From a virus (Duplodnaviria > Caudoviricetes): a DNA stretch of 64,000 bases. The translations under genes were made by a program, and so were the position numbers. Under the pieces are notes generated by a model. The model searched no databases. It was not told the origin of the DNA and saw only the letters and a program-made list of their open reading frames with translations. Below, piece by piece: positions 1 to 9,772 of this stretch (positions are counted from its first letter, which is position 1; every line of letters begins with the position of its first letter). The DNA is taken from IMG/VR virus record IMGVR_UViG_3300045391_006539; one strand, written 5' to 3'.

Positions 1-292
1 CCCTCACTCCACGGAGGTGGGGAACGGTGGCGCAGACCCGGGTGCGGAGGTAGACACACCCGAGACCGACCCGAGTGAGGCGGCAGACCCACCGAAGCCC
101 AAGCCCAAAGCCGAGGCCAAGGAGAAGACTGTCGAGAAGACCACCGAGAAGCCGGTGCCGGAGAAGATTGACGTCAAGACCTCTGAGAAGGAGGCGGCTG
201 CGCGCTTCAAGTTCGCTGCGGCTCGCTTGCGCTTCTCTCAGGCCGTGAAGGAGGCGCAGCCCGCGAACGGGCAGCGTCCCTTTCACCGCTGA
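1..292 (+). CDS. C-terminal part of a putative virion (K-x-A motif) protein; probably begins upstream of the window
   Basis: Open frame containing EKEAA, FKFAA and VKEAQ motifs; ends CCC TTT CAC CGC TGA. Confidence 0.6.
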   Translation, partial: PHSTEVGNGGADPGAEVDTPETDPSEAADPPKPKPKAEAKEKTVEKTTEKPVPEKIDVKTSEKEAAARFKFAAARLRFSQAVKEAQPANGQRPFHR

Positions 293-1043
293 GAAGACCG
301 CCGGCGTCGCCGCTCCCGCCACGGGTCTCCGTCGGGGGCTGCAGCTCATCTCGGGCAGCCGTCTCGGGCAGCTCGAGCAGGCAGCGGCGCAGCGGGGCGC
401 GGTGGCCGCGCGGCAGTCGGGTCTCGCCAACCACCACTACCGGGGCGCCTTCCACGCCGCCGACGAGGCGGCGAGCAGCCGCCTCTACCAGCGCTCGCTC
501 ACGAGTGCTCGGGGCTCGGCTCGGACCCATGGTGCCGCCGAGCGCGCCCAGCGCGCGCTCGGGGCGGAGCGGGCCGCAGTGCAGGGCGCTCGGGGTACGG
601 CGCTTCGGGCTGCTGGCGCCGGGGCGCTCGGGGTGGGTGGAGGTGCGATGGGCATGAACGCCGCCGAGGGTGGCCCCAAGCTCGCGAGCCCCCTGACGGC
701 CACCGTGGCCTCGGGCAAGCGCCTGGTCTCGGGGGCGGTCGACGCCCTCGGGAGCACCATGGCAGCGGCTCCCAAGGCCATCTCGGGCGTCGTGCCCAAG
801 GCGGTCGCCAGCGAGGCAGCGACCGCCGCGGGTAGCCGGCAGGCGGCGCGCGCCGTGGCGAACGAGCGTCGGGTGGCGCAGGCTGCTCGAGCAGCGGCAC
901 CCCCCGTGCCACCACCGGCCGCACCGGTGGCAGCCCCGGCCCTCGACCCGCGCGCTCGCGCACGGCGCATCATCGGCGGCGTGGGTCTCGGGGGTCTCGG
1001 TCTCGGCGCGGTCGCCGCCCACGGTCAACCCGAGGCACGCTGA
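285..1043 (+). CDS. Ala/Gly-rich K-x-A protein with a C-terminal glycine zipper; possibly a +1 frameshift extension of the preceding ORF
   Basis: Frame is open from 249 with TAEKTAG at 285, but the first start codon is GTG402; contains GALGVGGG and GGVGLGGLGLG. Confidence 0.55.
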   Translation, partial: TAEKTAGVAAPATGLRRGLQLISGSRLGQLEQAAAQRGAVAARQSGLANHHYRGAFHAADEAASSRLYQRSLTSARGSARTHGAAERAQRALGAERAAVQGARGTALRAAGAGALGVGGGAMGMNAAEGGPKLASPLTATVASGKRLVSGAVDALGSTMAAAPKAISGVVPKAVASEAATAAGSRQAARAVANERRVAQAARAAAPPVPPPAAPVAAPALDPRARARRIIGGVGLGGLGLGAVAAHGQPEAR

Positions 1044-1046
1044 GAC

Positions 1047-1943
1047 GTGGCCATCGGCATCTCCGTCGACGACGTGGTCGTGCGTTCCCTGGACGTCGAC
1101 CACTTCGAAGTCTCCTGGAAGCTCAAGCCGACGAGTCAGGACATTCTGGACTACACGTTCCAGGTCCTGCGCTCGGAGGCGGCGATGGGTCCCTTCGAAG
1201 CGGTCTCGGCGGAGATGGACGACCGGTTCTTCTTTGTCGACAACCGCATCGCCAGCGGCAACGACTTCCGGCAGTGGTTCTACACCATCCGGGTCAAGGA
1301 CAAGCAGTCGGGCGACACCAAGGACTTCGGTCCCGTCTCGCCCGGTGCTGACGCAGACCTCATCGCCGCGGAGCTGCGCAAACACATCAACCTGCTGATG
1401 CAGGAGTTCATCGGGCGCAGGTGCTGGGTCTTCCCCGTACGCACCTTCGGTCAACGCTGCTCGTGCTGGAACCCGACGTTGCAGAAGCGCACGCGGAGCC
1501 ACTGCCTCACTTGCTACGATACGGGCTTCGTGCGCGGCTATATGACGCCCATCGAAGTCTGGGCCAGCATCGACCCGGATACGAAGAACGAGCAGAACAT
1601 GACGCTGGGTCCGACCCAGCAGAGCAACACCTCGGCGAAGCTCGGCTTCTTCCCACCCGTCAAACCGCGCGACGTCATCGTCGAGGCGGAGAACATTCGC
1701 TGGCGCATCGTGACCGTGGGTGGGACCGAGCAGGTGCGTGCCCAAGTGCACCAGGAAATCACCCTGCACAAGATTCCCTCGACGGACATCGAGTATCGAC
1801 TACCACTCGACCCGGGCGGCGCGCTGCAGAACTTGTGGCTCTCGCCACCTCGGAACTTCAGCAACCCCCACAACTATGAGGGCTTCACGTCCGAGGACTA
1901 CATCAACGCCCAGCGTCTATACACCTCGCGGTTCCCCCAGTGA
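1047..1943 (+). CDS. Neck/head-completion protein
   Basis: RCSCW...HCLTCYDTGFVRGY motif as seen in large-myovirus neck proteins; lies upstream of the sheath gene. Confidence 0.65.
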   Translation: MAIGISVDDVVVRSLDVDHFEVSWKLKPTSQDILDYTFQVLRSEAAMGPFEAVSAEMDDRFFFVDNRIASGNDFRQWFYTIRVKDKQSGDTKDFGPVSPGADADLIAAELRKHINLLMQEFIGRRCWVFPVRTFGQRCSCWNPTLQKRTRSHCLTCYDTGFVRGYMTPIEVWASIDPDTKNEQNMTLGPTQQSNTSAKLGFFPPVKPRDVIVEAENIRWRIVTVGGTEQVRAQVHQEITLHKIPSTDIEYRLPLDPGGALQNLWLSPPRNFSNPHNYEGFTSEDYINAQRLYTSRFPQ

Positions 1944-2329
1944 TGGACAAGTTTTCGCACTGCCTCGACGTTCTCTCCAAACTGGCGGAGCTCGCGCCCG
2001 ACCCCATCAAACCGTCGCCGCCAGACCCGCAGATGCCCCCGGGTCGAGCGCTCAGCCTCGCCAAGACGCTCGGCGTCGGGACACTCGGCCTCGGTGCCGG
2101 TTATCTGGCGGGTGCAGGTCTCGGCAAGGGCATCGAGTACGTGATGGGGCAGCAAGGTGAGAATCCGGCCAGTGCTGCACGCGTCATCGCGCCCGTGGCG
2201 GGCGCCGCCGCCGGTATCATCTATCCTCTCTGGAAGGAACGGGAGCAGCAGGTGCTCCGTCAGGCGGTAGAAAAACGACATGCCTACGAGAGTGCACGAA
2301 ACCAAAACAGGGGCAGGCTTCCCGGGTAG
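1940..2329 (+). CDS. Glycine-zipper K-x-A putative virion protein
   Basis: SKLAE near the N-terminus; GTLGLGAGYLAGAGLG. Confidence 0.6.
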   Translation: MMDKFSHCLDVLSKLAELAPDPIKPSPPDPQMPPGRALSLAKTLGVGTLGLGAGYLAGAGLGKGIEYVMGQQGENPASAARVIAPVAGAAAGIIYPLWKEREQQVLRQAVEKRHAYESARNQNRGRLPG

Positions 2330-3170
2330 TAGTTTCAAGTACACCCCCCTGCAGCACGTGCGCGTGCTGTGCATCAGCTTCGTTCAGGGCCTCTTCGCCG
2401 AGGCCCCACCGGGTAACTACCGCTGGAGTCCCGATGACGAGCTCAGCGAAATCGTCATTCGTGACGAGAGTCCCATCCAAGTGCGGACCGTGGGTATGCG
2501 CCCCGCCATCAACTTCACGATGGGTAAGGTCAGCTTCTACAGCCTGGGCATGGATGACATGTTCACCTACGACTTCGATATCGGTCGCAAGGTGAAGGTA
2601 GTCCTGATACCTGGCACGATGAACATCAATGTCTGCTCACGGGTAGACATCGAGGCGCACAATCTGGCATGGGTCGTCTCCGAGCATCTCTGGCTCTTGC
2701 GCGAGCTCTTGCTCAAGGCCGGCTTCTTCGAGATTGGTCGGGGCATCGACGTCTCTCCGCCTTCTCCCGCAGGTTCCATCGTCGCCAATGACTCGGGTGA
2801 CGAGTGGTACTGCTCGTCTCTCACGCTGCCCTTCCAGTTCAATCGCAAGAGCGCCTTCACGCCACTCGGTGACAAGATTGCCGAAAGCATCGCACTACGC
2901 GTGCGCAGTCAGCTCGGTCTCATCGAAGAGGGGCGGGGTGGACCCGCGCTCGCGGGTCACGAGTACCCCGTGAAGGTCTCGACGCAGTTCCCGCCTTCGT
3001 TCGCGCCTCAGGCGAGCGACGTCTACGGCAAGACACCCGACCCAGCGGGTACACGGAACTACCAACTGCCCGTTGCACCGCACCCGCTCAACCCGAGCAA
3101 GCTCGTCGTCATCGAGACCGTGCGTCCCTGGGCAGCGAGTGCTCCGCCTCGTGGTAGACGCATCGTGTAG
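2280..3170 (+). CDS. Putative tail completion/terminator protein
   Basis: Position between neck and sheath genes; about 300-aa globular ORF. Confidence 0.5.
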   Translation: MPTRVHETKTGAGFPGSSFKYTPLQHVRVLCISFVQGLFAEAPPGNYRWSPDDELSEIVIRDESPIQVRTVGMRPAINFTMGKVSFYSLGMDDMFTYDFDIGRKVKVVLIPGTMNINVCSRVDIEAHNLAWVVSEHLWLLRELLLKAGFFEIGRGIDVSPPSPAGSIVANDSGDEWYCSSLTLPFQFNRKSAFTPLGDKIAESIALRVRSQLGLIEEGRGGPALAGHEYPVKVSTQFPPSFAPQASDVYGKTPDPAGTRNYQLPVAPHPLNPSKLVVIETVRPWAASAPPRGRRIV

Positions 3171-3252
3171 GAGAGGGGTGGTCTTCCCTTAATTCGAGGC
3201 TGCGTGGAAGGATTCCCCTCGACGACATGCACAGTCGAGAAGGAGCCGACCA

Positions 3253-6200
3253 ATGAGCGTCCAGCTTGCGCAGCCAGGGGTAGAAATCATCCAGGAGTTT
3301 CAGGCTGCGAGTCCCAGCATCATCACGCCGGCGCTCTTGCCCAACGTGGTCGGTGTCGCCAAGCAAGTCGTGGGACTCAATGTCTCCGACGGTGCGGGTG
3401 GTACGACGCTCAACCCGGACGCGCTACTCCAGCTGCCTGCGCAGTTCACGGCACTCGCCGGTAGCGGTAACCCCAAGGTCTACTCGGGACTCGATGGTCT
3501 CGACCTGGTTTTCTCCGTCAACAACGGCGTCGACATCACAGTCACCTTTGCGGGCAGCAGTCTGTCCGTCGACGACGTGGTGGCACAGGTCAACGCGGAA
3601 CTCACGAGCTCGGGTGTCTCGAGCGTCATCGCCGAGACCTTGGGTGATGAGGGCAACTGGACCCTGCGCACCATCGGTACTGGGTCTTTCCAGACCATCG
3701 TCGTCAAGGCGACGAGCGATTCGGCGGTGCTCACGGCCTTTGGCATTGGCGCAGGCAAGACCTACGCGGGACTCACTGTCTACAACCAGTACGAAGTGGT
3801 GGTGCCGCCAGCGAGTCTGCCCGACCCGCGTGACAACCTGGCAGAGCTCGCCGTCGAGCAGGACAGCATCCGGGTCTTCTTCTCGCTCGGCGGGTCCGCG
3901 GGGGTGTATGAAGCACTGCGCACCGAGGCCTTCCTCAAAAATGGCGAGGTCAATGATGCGGCCGTCATCACGGGCAACGTCTCGCTCGCAGGCCTGACCC
4001 TGCCGGGTGACATTGGTACGGGCACGTTGATGATTTCGGTCGATGGCGGCGCGGCCCAGACCGTCACTTTCAGCAACCCAGCCAACCCCGCCGCCATCGT
4101 CAGCCAGATTGCCGGGCAGCTCACGGGTGCGACTCCGTCCCAGTCGGGCAACTTCCTGCGTCTCACGACGACGAGTCTCGGCGCCGATGCCTCCGTGACC
4201 ATCACGGGCGGCTCGGTCGCGAGTACGCTCGGTGTCTCGGGTCTGACCGATACGGGCGAGAGCATCCAAGCCATCGACGACGGTGATGGTGATTCGCTCA
4301 CGAGTCTGCTCAAGTTCTCGGCCGAGAGTTTCACGGCGAGCGCCACGGCGGCGGTGGTGAGTGCCTTCACGGCAGCGACCAATCCTGCCGATGGTACGAC
4401 CCTCATCCTCTCCGATGGTGGGCAGCCACAGACCATCGTCTTCGACGGCGTCGCGGCCTTTGCCGATATCCTCGCCCAAATCAACGCGGTGGTGGGCACG
4501 GTGGCAGGCGGCAAAATCACGGCGAGCGACGCGGGTTCGAGCAAGCTGCGCCTCACGCACTCGGACACGGGCAGCGACTCGGTCATCAAGATTCTGGGTG
4601 GCACGGCACTGTCTGCGCTCGACCCGAGTACCCCGACGCTGGTGGTCGGCACCTACCGGGGTACGGCCAACGTGCCACTGCCGGGTGATGCGCTCTACAT
4701 CGATGGCGCTTTCTACGCCAACATCACTCAGGTGGCCCCGGGTGCAGTCGCGACCAACCTGAAAATCGACAAGCTCGTGCCGGTGAGCACGGACGTCGGC
4801 CGCTACTACTACATCGTGGCCAAGGGTCTACCGACGGCGAACCGTCCCGACCCCAATCTGGTGGTGGACGCAAACGGCAACGTCATCCTCAAGCCGGAGC
4901 AGTTGCGCGACGTCAACGGCAACCCGACGTCCGTGACGGCGCCGATGTACTTGTCCTACTCGGCGGTGCGCAAGGACGTCTCGGCGAGTGCCAACCAGCC
5001 GGGTCTACTGGTCTTCGACGACACGGCTCAGCTCGAGGAAGTGCTCTCGCCGGTAGACTCGACCAACCCGCTCGCGCTCGGTCTGTTCTTCGCCCTGCTC
5101 AACGCACCCGGCGCGCAGGTGACGGGCCTCGGCGTGGATGAAATCAGCGACGATGCGCCCTACGGCACGCTCGACGCTTTCAGCCGCGCCGCGGGGTTTC
5201 TCGAGGGCAAGGAGGTCTACGCCATTGCGCCGTTGACCCACGACCCCTCGGTGCACCAGGTCTTCAACACCCACGTCTCGGTGATGAGCTCGCCCTCGAA
5301 CAAGGCCGAGCGCGTCGCCATCATCAACGTCCAGACTCCGACCACCAAGCCTCACACGTTGGTGGCGAGCGGTGTCGGTGACCGTGCGAGCTCGACTACG
5401 TTCGACACGGGTATCTCGAACCTGACGGCGCTGGTCTTGAACCAAGGCATCACGCCGACCGGCACCATCCCCGCCGATGAAGGTCTGTTCCTCGACCTCG
5501 CGAGTGATGGCAACCGCTACTCCATCGAGAGCATCAGTGGTGACTCTGTCACCCTGCGCACGAGCTTCGACGCGGGCGAGAACGACGACGGGTTCTACAC
5601 CGCTGCAAACCTCGCCTCGACCGTGGTGCAGACCGCCTTCACGGTCAGCGTCCGGGGTGCAGACCTCACCATCGCTGGACTGCCCGACCTCAATGGCATT
5701 GCCGACACGATTGCCACGACGGGTCGCGGCTATGGCAACCGCCGATTGTGGATGACGTTCCCCGACCAGGTGGGTGCGACCGTCAACGGGCTCGAGAGTC
5801 TGCTGCCGGGTTTCTACGCCTCGGCCGCCATCGCGGGCATGGTCGGGCAGCAGCCGCCGCAGCAGGGCTTCACGCGCTTCCCGATGGCTGGCTTCACGCG
5901 TGTGGTGGGCAGCAACGACCGCTTCAGCACGACGCAGCTCAACGTGATGGCAGGTGGCGGCGCCTACATCCTCGTCCAGGAAGCCCCAGGCGCACCCATC
6001 ATCAGCCGCTTCGCCATCACGACGGACCTCACGTCCATCGAGGTGCGGGAGACCAGCATCACCCGCATCCTGGACTTCACGGCGAAGTTCTTGCGGCGCT
6101 CGCTGCTCAACTTCATCGGGCGCTTCAACATCACCCAGGGCTTCCTCGACACCCTCGGCAACGTCATCGAGGGTCTCGGCCAGTTCCTCATCGAGACGGG

Positions 6201-6327
6201 CGTCCTGCTCGGCTTCAACCTGAACCAGATTCAGCAGGACAAGGACGCGCCGGACACGGTGCTCATCGATGTCACGGTCGAGGTGCCCTACCCCTGCAAC
6301 TTCATCCGCCTGACGCTGGTCATCTGA
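3253..6327 (+). CDS. Contractile tail sheath protein with large insertion domains
   Basis: N-terminal QPGVEIIQEF; C-terminal sheath signature (ITTDLTSIEVRETSITRILDF...DKDAPDTVLIDVTVEVPYPCNFIRLTLVI); SD GGAG upstream. Confidence 0.9.
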   Translation: MSVQLAQPGVEIIQEFQAASPSIITPALLPNVVGVAKQVVGLNVSDGAGGTTLNPDALLQLPAQFTALAGSGNPKVYSGLDGLDLVFSVNNGVDITVTFAGSSLSVDDVVAQVNAELTSSGVSSVIAETLGDEGNWTLRTIGTGSFQTIVVKATSDSAVLTAFGIGAGKTYAGLTVYNQYEVVVPPASLPDPRDNLAELAVEQDSIRVFFSLGGSAGVYEALRTEAFLKNGEVNDAAVITGNVSLAGLTLPGDIGTGTLMISVDGGAAQTVTFSNPANPAAIVSQIAGQLTGATPSQSGNFLRLTTTSLGADASVTITGGSVASTLGVSGLTDTGESIQAIDDGDGDSLTSLLKFSAESFTASATAAVVSAFTAATNPADGTTLILSDGGQPQTIVFDGVAAFADILAQINAVVGTVAGGKITASDAGSSKLRLTHSDTGSDSVIKILGGTALSALDPSTPTLVVGTYRGTANVPLPGDALYIDGAFYANITQVAPGAVATNLKIDKLVPVSTDVGRYYYIVAKGLPTANRPDPNLVVDANGNVILKPEQLRDVNGNPTSVTAPMYLSYSAVRKDVSASANQPGLLVFDDTAQLEEVLSPVDSTNPLALGLFFALLNAPGAQVTGLGVDEISDDAPYGTLDAFSRAAGFLEGKEVYAIAPLTHDPSVHQVFNTHVSVMSSPSNKAERVAIINVQTPTTKPHTLVASGVGDRASSTTFDTGISNLTALVLNQGITPTGTIPADEGLFLDLASDGNRYSIESISGDSVTLRTSFDAGENDDGFYTAANLASTVVQTAFTVSVRGADLTIAGLPDLNGIADTIATTGRGYGNRRLWMTFPDQVGATVNGLESLLPGFYASAAIAGMVGQQPPQQGFTRFPMAGFTRVVGSNDRFSTTQLNVMAGGGAYILVQEAPGAPIISRFAITTDLTSIEVRETSITRILDFTAKFLRRSLLNFIGRFNITQGFLDTLGNVIEGLGQFLIETGVLLGFNLNQIQQDKDAPDTVLIDVTVEVPYPCNFIRLTLVI

Positions 6328-6335
6328 GGTCTTCG

Positions 6336-7550
6336 ATGCCCCAGAACACGGCACCCATCGCCCTCATCCGCAAGCTCGCGGCTGAGGGCGCGCCGGCGGA
6401 AGTCCCCGAGGGCTATGAGAAGCAGCTCGGCAAGGACTACCAGCGCACGCATCAGAAGCACGTTCAACGTACGGCTCTGCCCACGACCCTCGGTGCCCTC
6501 GGGGGCGCCATCGGTGGCGGTATCCTGAGCGAGCGGCTCACGCGCACGAAGCTGCCTGCGCTCGACTTCATGGGGCAAACGCTCTTACCCGAGTCCCACA
6601 TCGCTGGTGACCCGTTCATCGGCGCGCTCGGTGGTGGCGTCATGGGCGGCGCGCTCGGTCATGCTGCAGCCCACCTCTCACCGGAGACCCGGAAACTTCG
6701 CGACAAGATGCAGTCCATCCAGACCGAGCGTGACGCCCTTGGCGCACGTACGCCCGGGTCTACGACGGTCCTGACCGACGAGAACCTCGACCGGGACCGG
6801 TACGGGGAGCTCCGTGCCGATGCAGCGCAGGCTCGCCTGAACCTCCGTGAGGCGGGCAAGCCCACACGCGTGGGCGCAGGGCTCGGCGCGCTCGCTGGGG
6901 CAGGTGCCGGTCTGCTCTCGGGTTATCGTGCCAGTGGTGGCAGAGCGTCAGAGATGGCGGCTCACGGACTCCTCGGAACGAGCTTGGGAATCGGCGCCGG
7001 CGCCATCGGCGGCTCGTTGGCCTCTGGACGCTCTTTTCCTCTGGCAATCAGGCGGCAAATCCAGACCGAGGAAGCCCGGCAGCGCTTCCGTCGGGGCGCG
7101 CAGACGCTCGACGCAGAGAAGGAAGCGGCCGCGCGCGCCAACTTCGACAGTCTCTTCGTGGGCCCAGACCCCACACTCGAGGAGACCATCGACGAGCTCA
7201 AGTTCGCGGCCATCGCAGACCCCGAGCTCTTGAAGGTGGCCTACGTGCTCGCCGAAGACGACTTGCTCACGACCTACGAGGCGCTCGGTGGCATCTACAA
7301 GGTCGCCTTTGGTCAGCAGATGTTCGACACGAAGCAGCTCGCGGGTAGTCCTGCCCTCGCCGGTGGCATGAACCAGCGCGCCTCGACCGCCACTCCCACG
7401 CTCGCCCAGCCGGGTGCTCAAGCGCCGCAGTCGCCAGCGGCCCCCAAGGTGCCCACCAGTCAGCCGTCACAGGGTTCGAGCGCTCCTTCTGCTGCTTCGG
7501 CGACGTCCGCACCGTCGACCCCCGGTGCCACGACAATCACCGTGGGTTGA
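6336..7550 (+). CDS. Glycine-zipper K-x-A putative virion/ejected protein
   Basis: Likely true start ATG6336 after the sheath stop; RKLAA, EKEAA, LKFAA, LKVAY, YKVAF; several GALGG repeats. Confidence 0.65.
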   Translation: MPQNTAPIALIRKLAAEGAPAEVPEGYEKQLGKDYQRTHQKHVQRTALPTTLGALGGAIGGGILSERLTRTKLPALDFMGQTLLPESHIAGDPFIGALGGGVMGGALGHAAAHLSPETRKLRDKMQSIQTERDALGARTPGSTTVLTDENLDRDRYGELRADAAQARLNLREAGKPTRVGAGLGALAGAGAGLLSGYRASGGRASEMAAHGLLGTSLGIGAGAIGGSLASGRSFPLAIRRQIQTEEARQRFRRGAQTLDAEKEAAARANFDSLFVGPDPTLEETIDELKFAAIADPELLKVAYVLAEDDLLTTYEALGGIYKVAFGQQMFDTKQLAGSPALAGGMNQRASTATPTLAQPGAQAPQSPAAPKVPTSQPSQGSSAPSAASATSAPSTPGATTITVG

Positions 7551-7573
7551 TAGAATCGGACTAGGAGACGAGA

Positions 7574-8329
7574 ATGGCCGGTAACTACAGTGATTGGGCT
7601 CCATACACCAACTACGTCCAGTCGGGTATGGTGGACGGGGCGTACGCGAACGCCGGGTTCACGCTGCTCGCCGCAGGCCCGCCACGCATCGCCAACATCG
7701 GCGGTGCGGCTGCCTTTGCACAGTCCCTCAATGGGCAGGGGGCGAATCAAATCGTCTTCCCCATCGGCATCGTCCAGAACTTCAGCCTGAGCCACAGCCG
7801 CAACTTCTCGCGCATCTTCGAGATTGGCTCCGAGCGCAGCTACTTCATCGGTGGCCGCACCATCGGGCAGCTGGGTCTGGCGCGCATCTACTACCACGGT
7901 GCGTCTCTCCTGCGCGTGCTCTACGCGTACTACCAGGACCTCTTGCCGCCCACGGTGGTGCCGGCGATGTTCCCGAATGCGGGCGCGTCGGTGATGAGCA
8001 ACCCGCACGACGTGGTCATCCCTCCGGGATACGAGAACCTGTACATGAACCTGGCCTCGGACTTGTTCGCGCAGCCCGTGGGTATCATGATGTACGTGCG
8101 TGACGTCAACCAGGACGCCCTGGGCGCGATGTACTTCGAGGCCTGCTACCTGCCGAATCACAACTGGCAGACCGACAGTCAGGGCGTGCTCATTCAGGAG
8201 AGCGTCTCGGTCCAGTTCGAGCGCGCGGTGCCCGTCGCCATCTCGGCGCTGCAGCTCATCTCGAGCGCCAACCAGAATGCGGGTGGCGCGAACCTCTCCG
8301 AGACCTTCATGGGCATCCCGCAGAGCTGA
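7574..8329 (+). CDS. Tail tube protein
   Basis: PIGIVQNFSLSHSRNFSRIFEIGSERSYFI and MYFEACYL...VLIQESVSVQFER resemble myovirus tube proteins; follows the sheath; SD AGGAG. Confidence 0.8.
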   Translation: MAGNYSDWAPYTNYVQSGMVDGAYANAGFTLLAAGPPRIANIGGAAAFAQSLNGQGANQIVFPIGIVQNFSLSHSRNFSRIFEIGSERSYFIGGRTIGQLGLARIYYHGASLLRVLYAYYQDLLPPTVVPAMFPNAGASVMSNPHDVVIPPGYENLYMNLASDLFAQPVGIMMYVRDVNQDALGAMYFEACYLPNHNWQTDSQGVLIQESVSVQFERAVPVAISALQLISSANQNAGGANLSETFMGIPQS

Positions 8330-8718
8330 TGGCAGCCAAGCCCTACACCCTGAGCGCACTCATCCGCCTCCCGCCCGATGATGGGCAGGAGGCGGGCGTC
8401 CGTGAGTTCTCCACTGCAGGGGTCTTCTCCCACAAAGTGGAGGCCGAGCTCGTCTTCACGGGAACGGGTACCCACGTGGTGAACTTCGGGAGCATCCCGA
8501 GCACCGGTGCGAAGGCCATCCTGCTCGAGTACGAAGCGACCGACAGCTCCGACCAAGACCCGCTGCTCGTGAGCCTCAACGGCAGTGAAGACACGTTCCC
8601 GGTCTTCTCGGGTGGTGGTCTGATGCTCAGCAATCCCCTACCCGCCGGTGCCGGTGTCACGGCGCTCAGTGTCACGTATGCAGCCGCCTGCATCGTGAAA
8701 GTCACCCTGCTGGCGTAG
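8329..8718 (+). CDS. Hypothetical, probably structural beta-rich protein
   Basis: Translationally coupled to the tube gene (TGATG). Confidence 0.6.
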   Translation: MAAKPYTLSALIRLPPDDGQEAGVREFSTAGVFSHKVEAELVFTGTGTHVVNFGSIPSTGAKAILLEYEATDSSDQDPLLVSLNGSEDTFPVFSGGGLMLSNPLPAGAGVTALSVTYAAACIVKVTLLA

Positions 8719-8723
8719 TTCAC

Positions 8724-9095
8724 ATGTTCCTCGCACTCCTTCAGCCGGTGGCGCAAGTCCCGGCTGAAGTCGCGGCCAAGGCGGGGACTACACTGATAGA
8801 GAGCGGCATACTCGGTACGCTGCTCGTCGTCAGCGTACTCGGTAACGCGGCTCTCATCTGGCTCGCTCTCCGCACCATGAACAAGCGGGTGGAGGACGGC
8901 AAAGCCCTGCATGCCCTGAGCGAGAAGATGGTAACTACCTTCGCCAGCATGGAGACGGCAGTCGAAGACCTGAACGACGCAGACAAGGCTCAGACTATGG
9001 CTCTTCAATCCATGAAGAGCACGCTCGACACACTGCTCATGAGCATGGCTGTTCGTGGCGTACCGAACAACCACCCGCCGGGCAAGGTGCGGTGA
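8724..9095 (+). CDS. Membrane protein, holin-like
   Basis: One TM segment (GILGTLLVVSVLGNAALIWLAL) followed by a coiled-coil. Confidence 0.45.
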   Translation: MFLALLQPVAQVPAEVAAKAGTTLIESGILGTLLVVSVLGNAALIWLALRTMNKRVEDGKALHALSEKMVTTFASMETAVEDLNDADKAQTMALQSMKSTLDTLLMSMAVRGVPNNHPPGKVR

Positions 9096-9292
9096 TGCTC
9101 CAGGCTCTGCTACGGTATCTGGGACTCGATGCCGAGAGCAAACGGCAACGAGCGGAGACGAAAGAACGCCTCGACCGCGCCAATTCACAGCTCGACTTGC
9201 TTCAGAAGAAGCTCGAAGAGACCAGCCAGAACTCTTTGAAGGAGCAGAAGGCGATTCACAAGACCTTGAGCCAAGGTGGCAGCCGTGGATGA
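9092..9292 (+). CDS. Small coiled-coil protein
   Basis: Overlap-coupled ORF with heptad-like sequence. Confidence 0.5.
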   Translation: MMLQALLRYLGLDAESKRQRAETKERLDRANSQLDLLQKKLEETSQNSLKEQKAIHKTLSQGGSRG

Positions 9293-9767
9293 AGACACCA
9301 GACCCGTAGACCGTGACATCTTGCGTCAGGCCATTGCTGCTTTGCGCGAGGTCAACGCCAATCTCGAGAGCGTGATGCTCCGTAACGACAAGGTCATCCG
9401 CCGGCAGAACTGGCTCACGGGGCTGTTCCTACTGTCGCTCGGCATGCTCGGTGGGCAGCTCTTCCTGGGCCTTTCTCAGCAGGCGCTGCAGGAGTCGGCC
9501 AAGACCCAGCTCGCCGCACAGGAGCAAGGGCGCATCGAGATGCAGCGCGCGCTCGAGGCGGCCAAGATTCAGGTGCGCGAGCTCGAGACGTCGATGAAGC
9601 AGCAGCTCCAGGCCGTGCCCACGGTGACGAGTGACAAGGCGGGGCGGCTCAGTCTCGAGGTACCACTCGACGACGCCACCAAACAGGCGGTGAGTGCGAC
9701 TCCCACACTCCCTCCCGAGAAGGTGGTGATACCCTTGAAGCCGTCACAGGCGAAGCTCTCGAACTGA
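9276..9767 (+). CDS. TM plus coiled-coil protein (possible spanin-like lysis accessory)
   Basis: TM WLTGLFLLSLGMLGGQLFLGL followed by a coiled-coil. Confidence 0.45.
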   Translation: MAAVDEDTRPVDRDILRQAIAALREVNANLESVMLRNDKVIRRQNWLTGLFLLSLGMLGGQLFLGLSQQALQESAKTQLAAQEQGRIEMQRALEAAKIQVRELETSMKQQLQAVPTVTSDKAGRLSLEVPLDDATKQAVSATPTLPPEKVVIPLKPSQAKLSN

Positions 9768-9772
9768 GGTCT

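Noticed and set aside
207-6354. Long minus-strand ORFs (207..1769, 3424..4560, 5005..6354) and similar ones elsewhere
   Set aside because: Antisense shadows of GC-rich plus-strand genes; no recognisable motifs.
8724-9767. Complete lysis cassette
   Set aside because: Membrane proteins are present but no endolysin is recognisable nearby, so the calls are left at low confidence.
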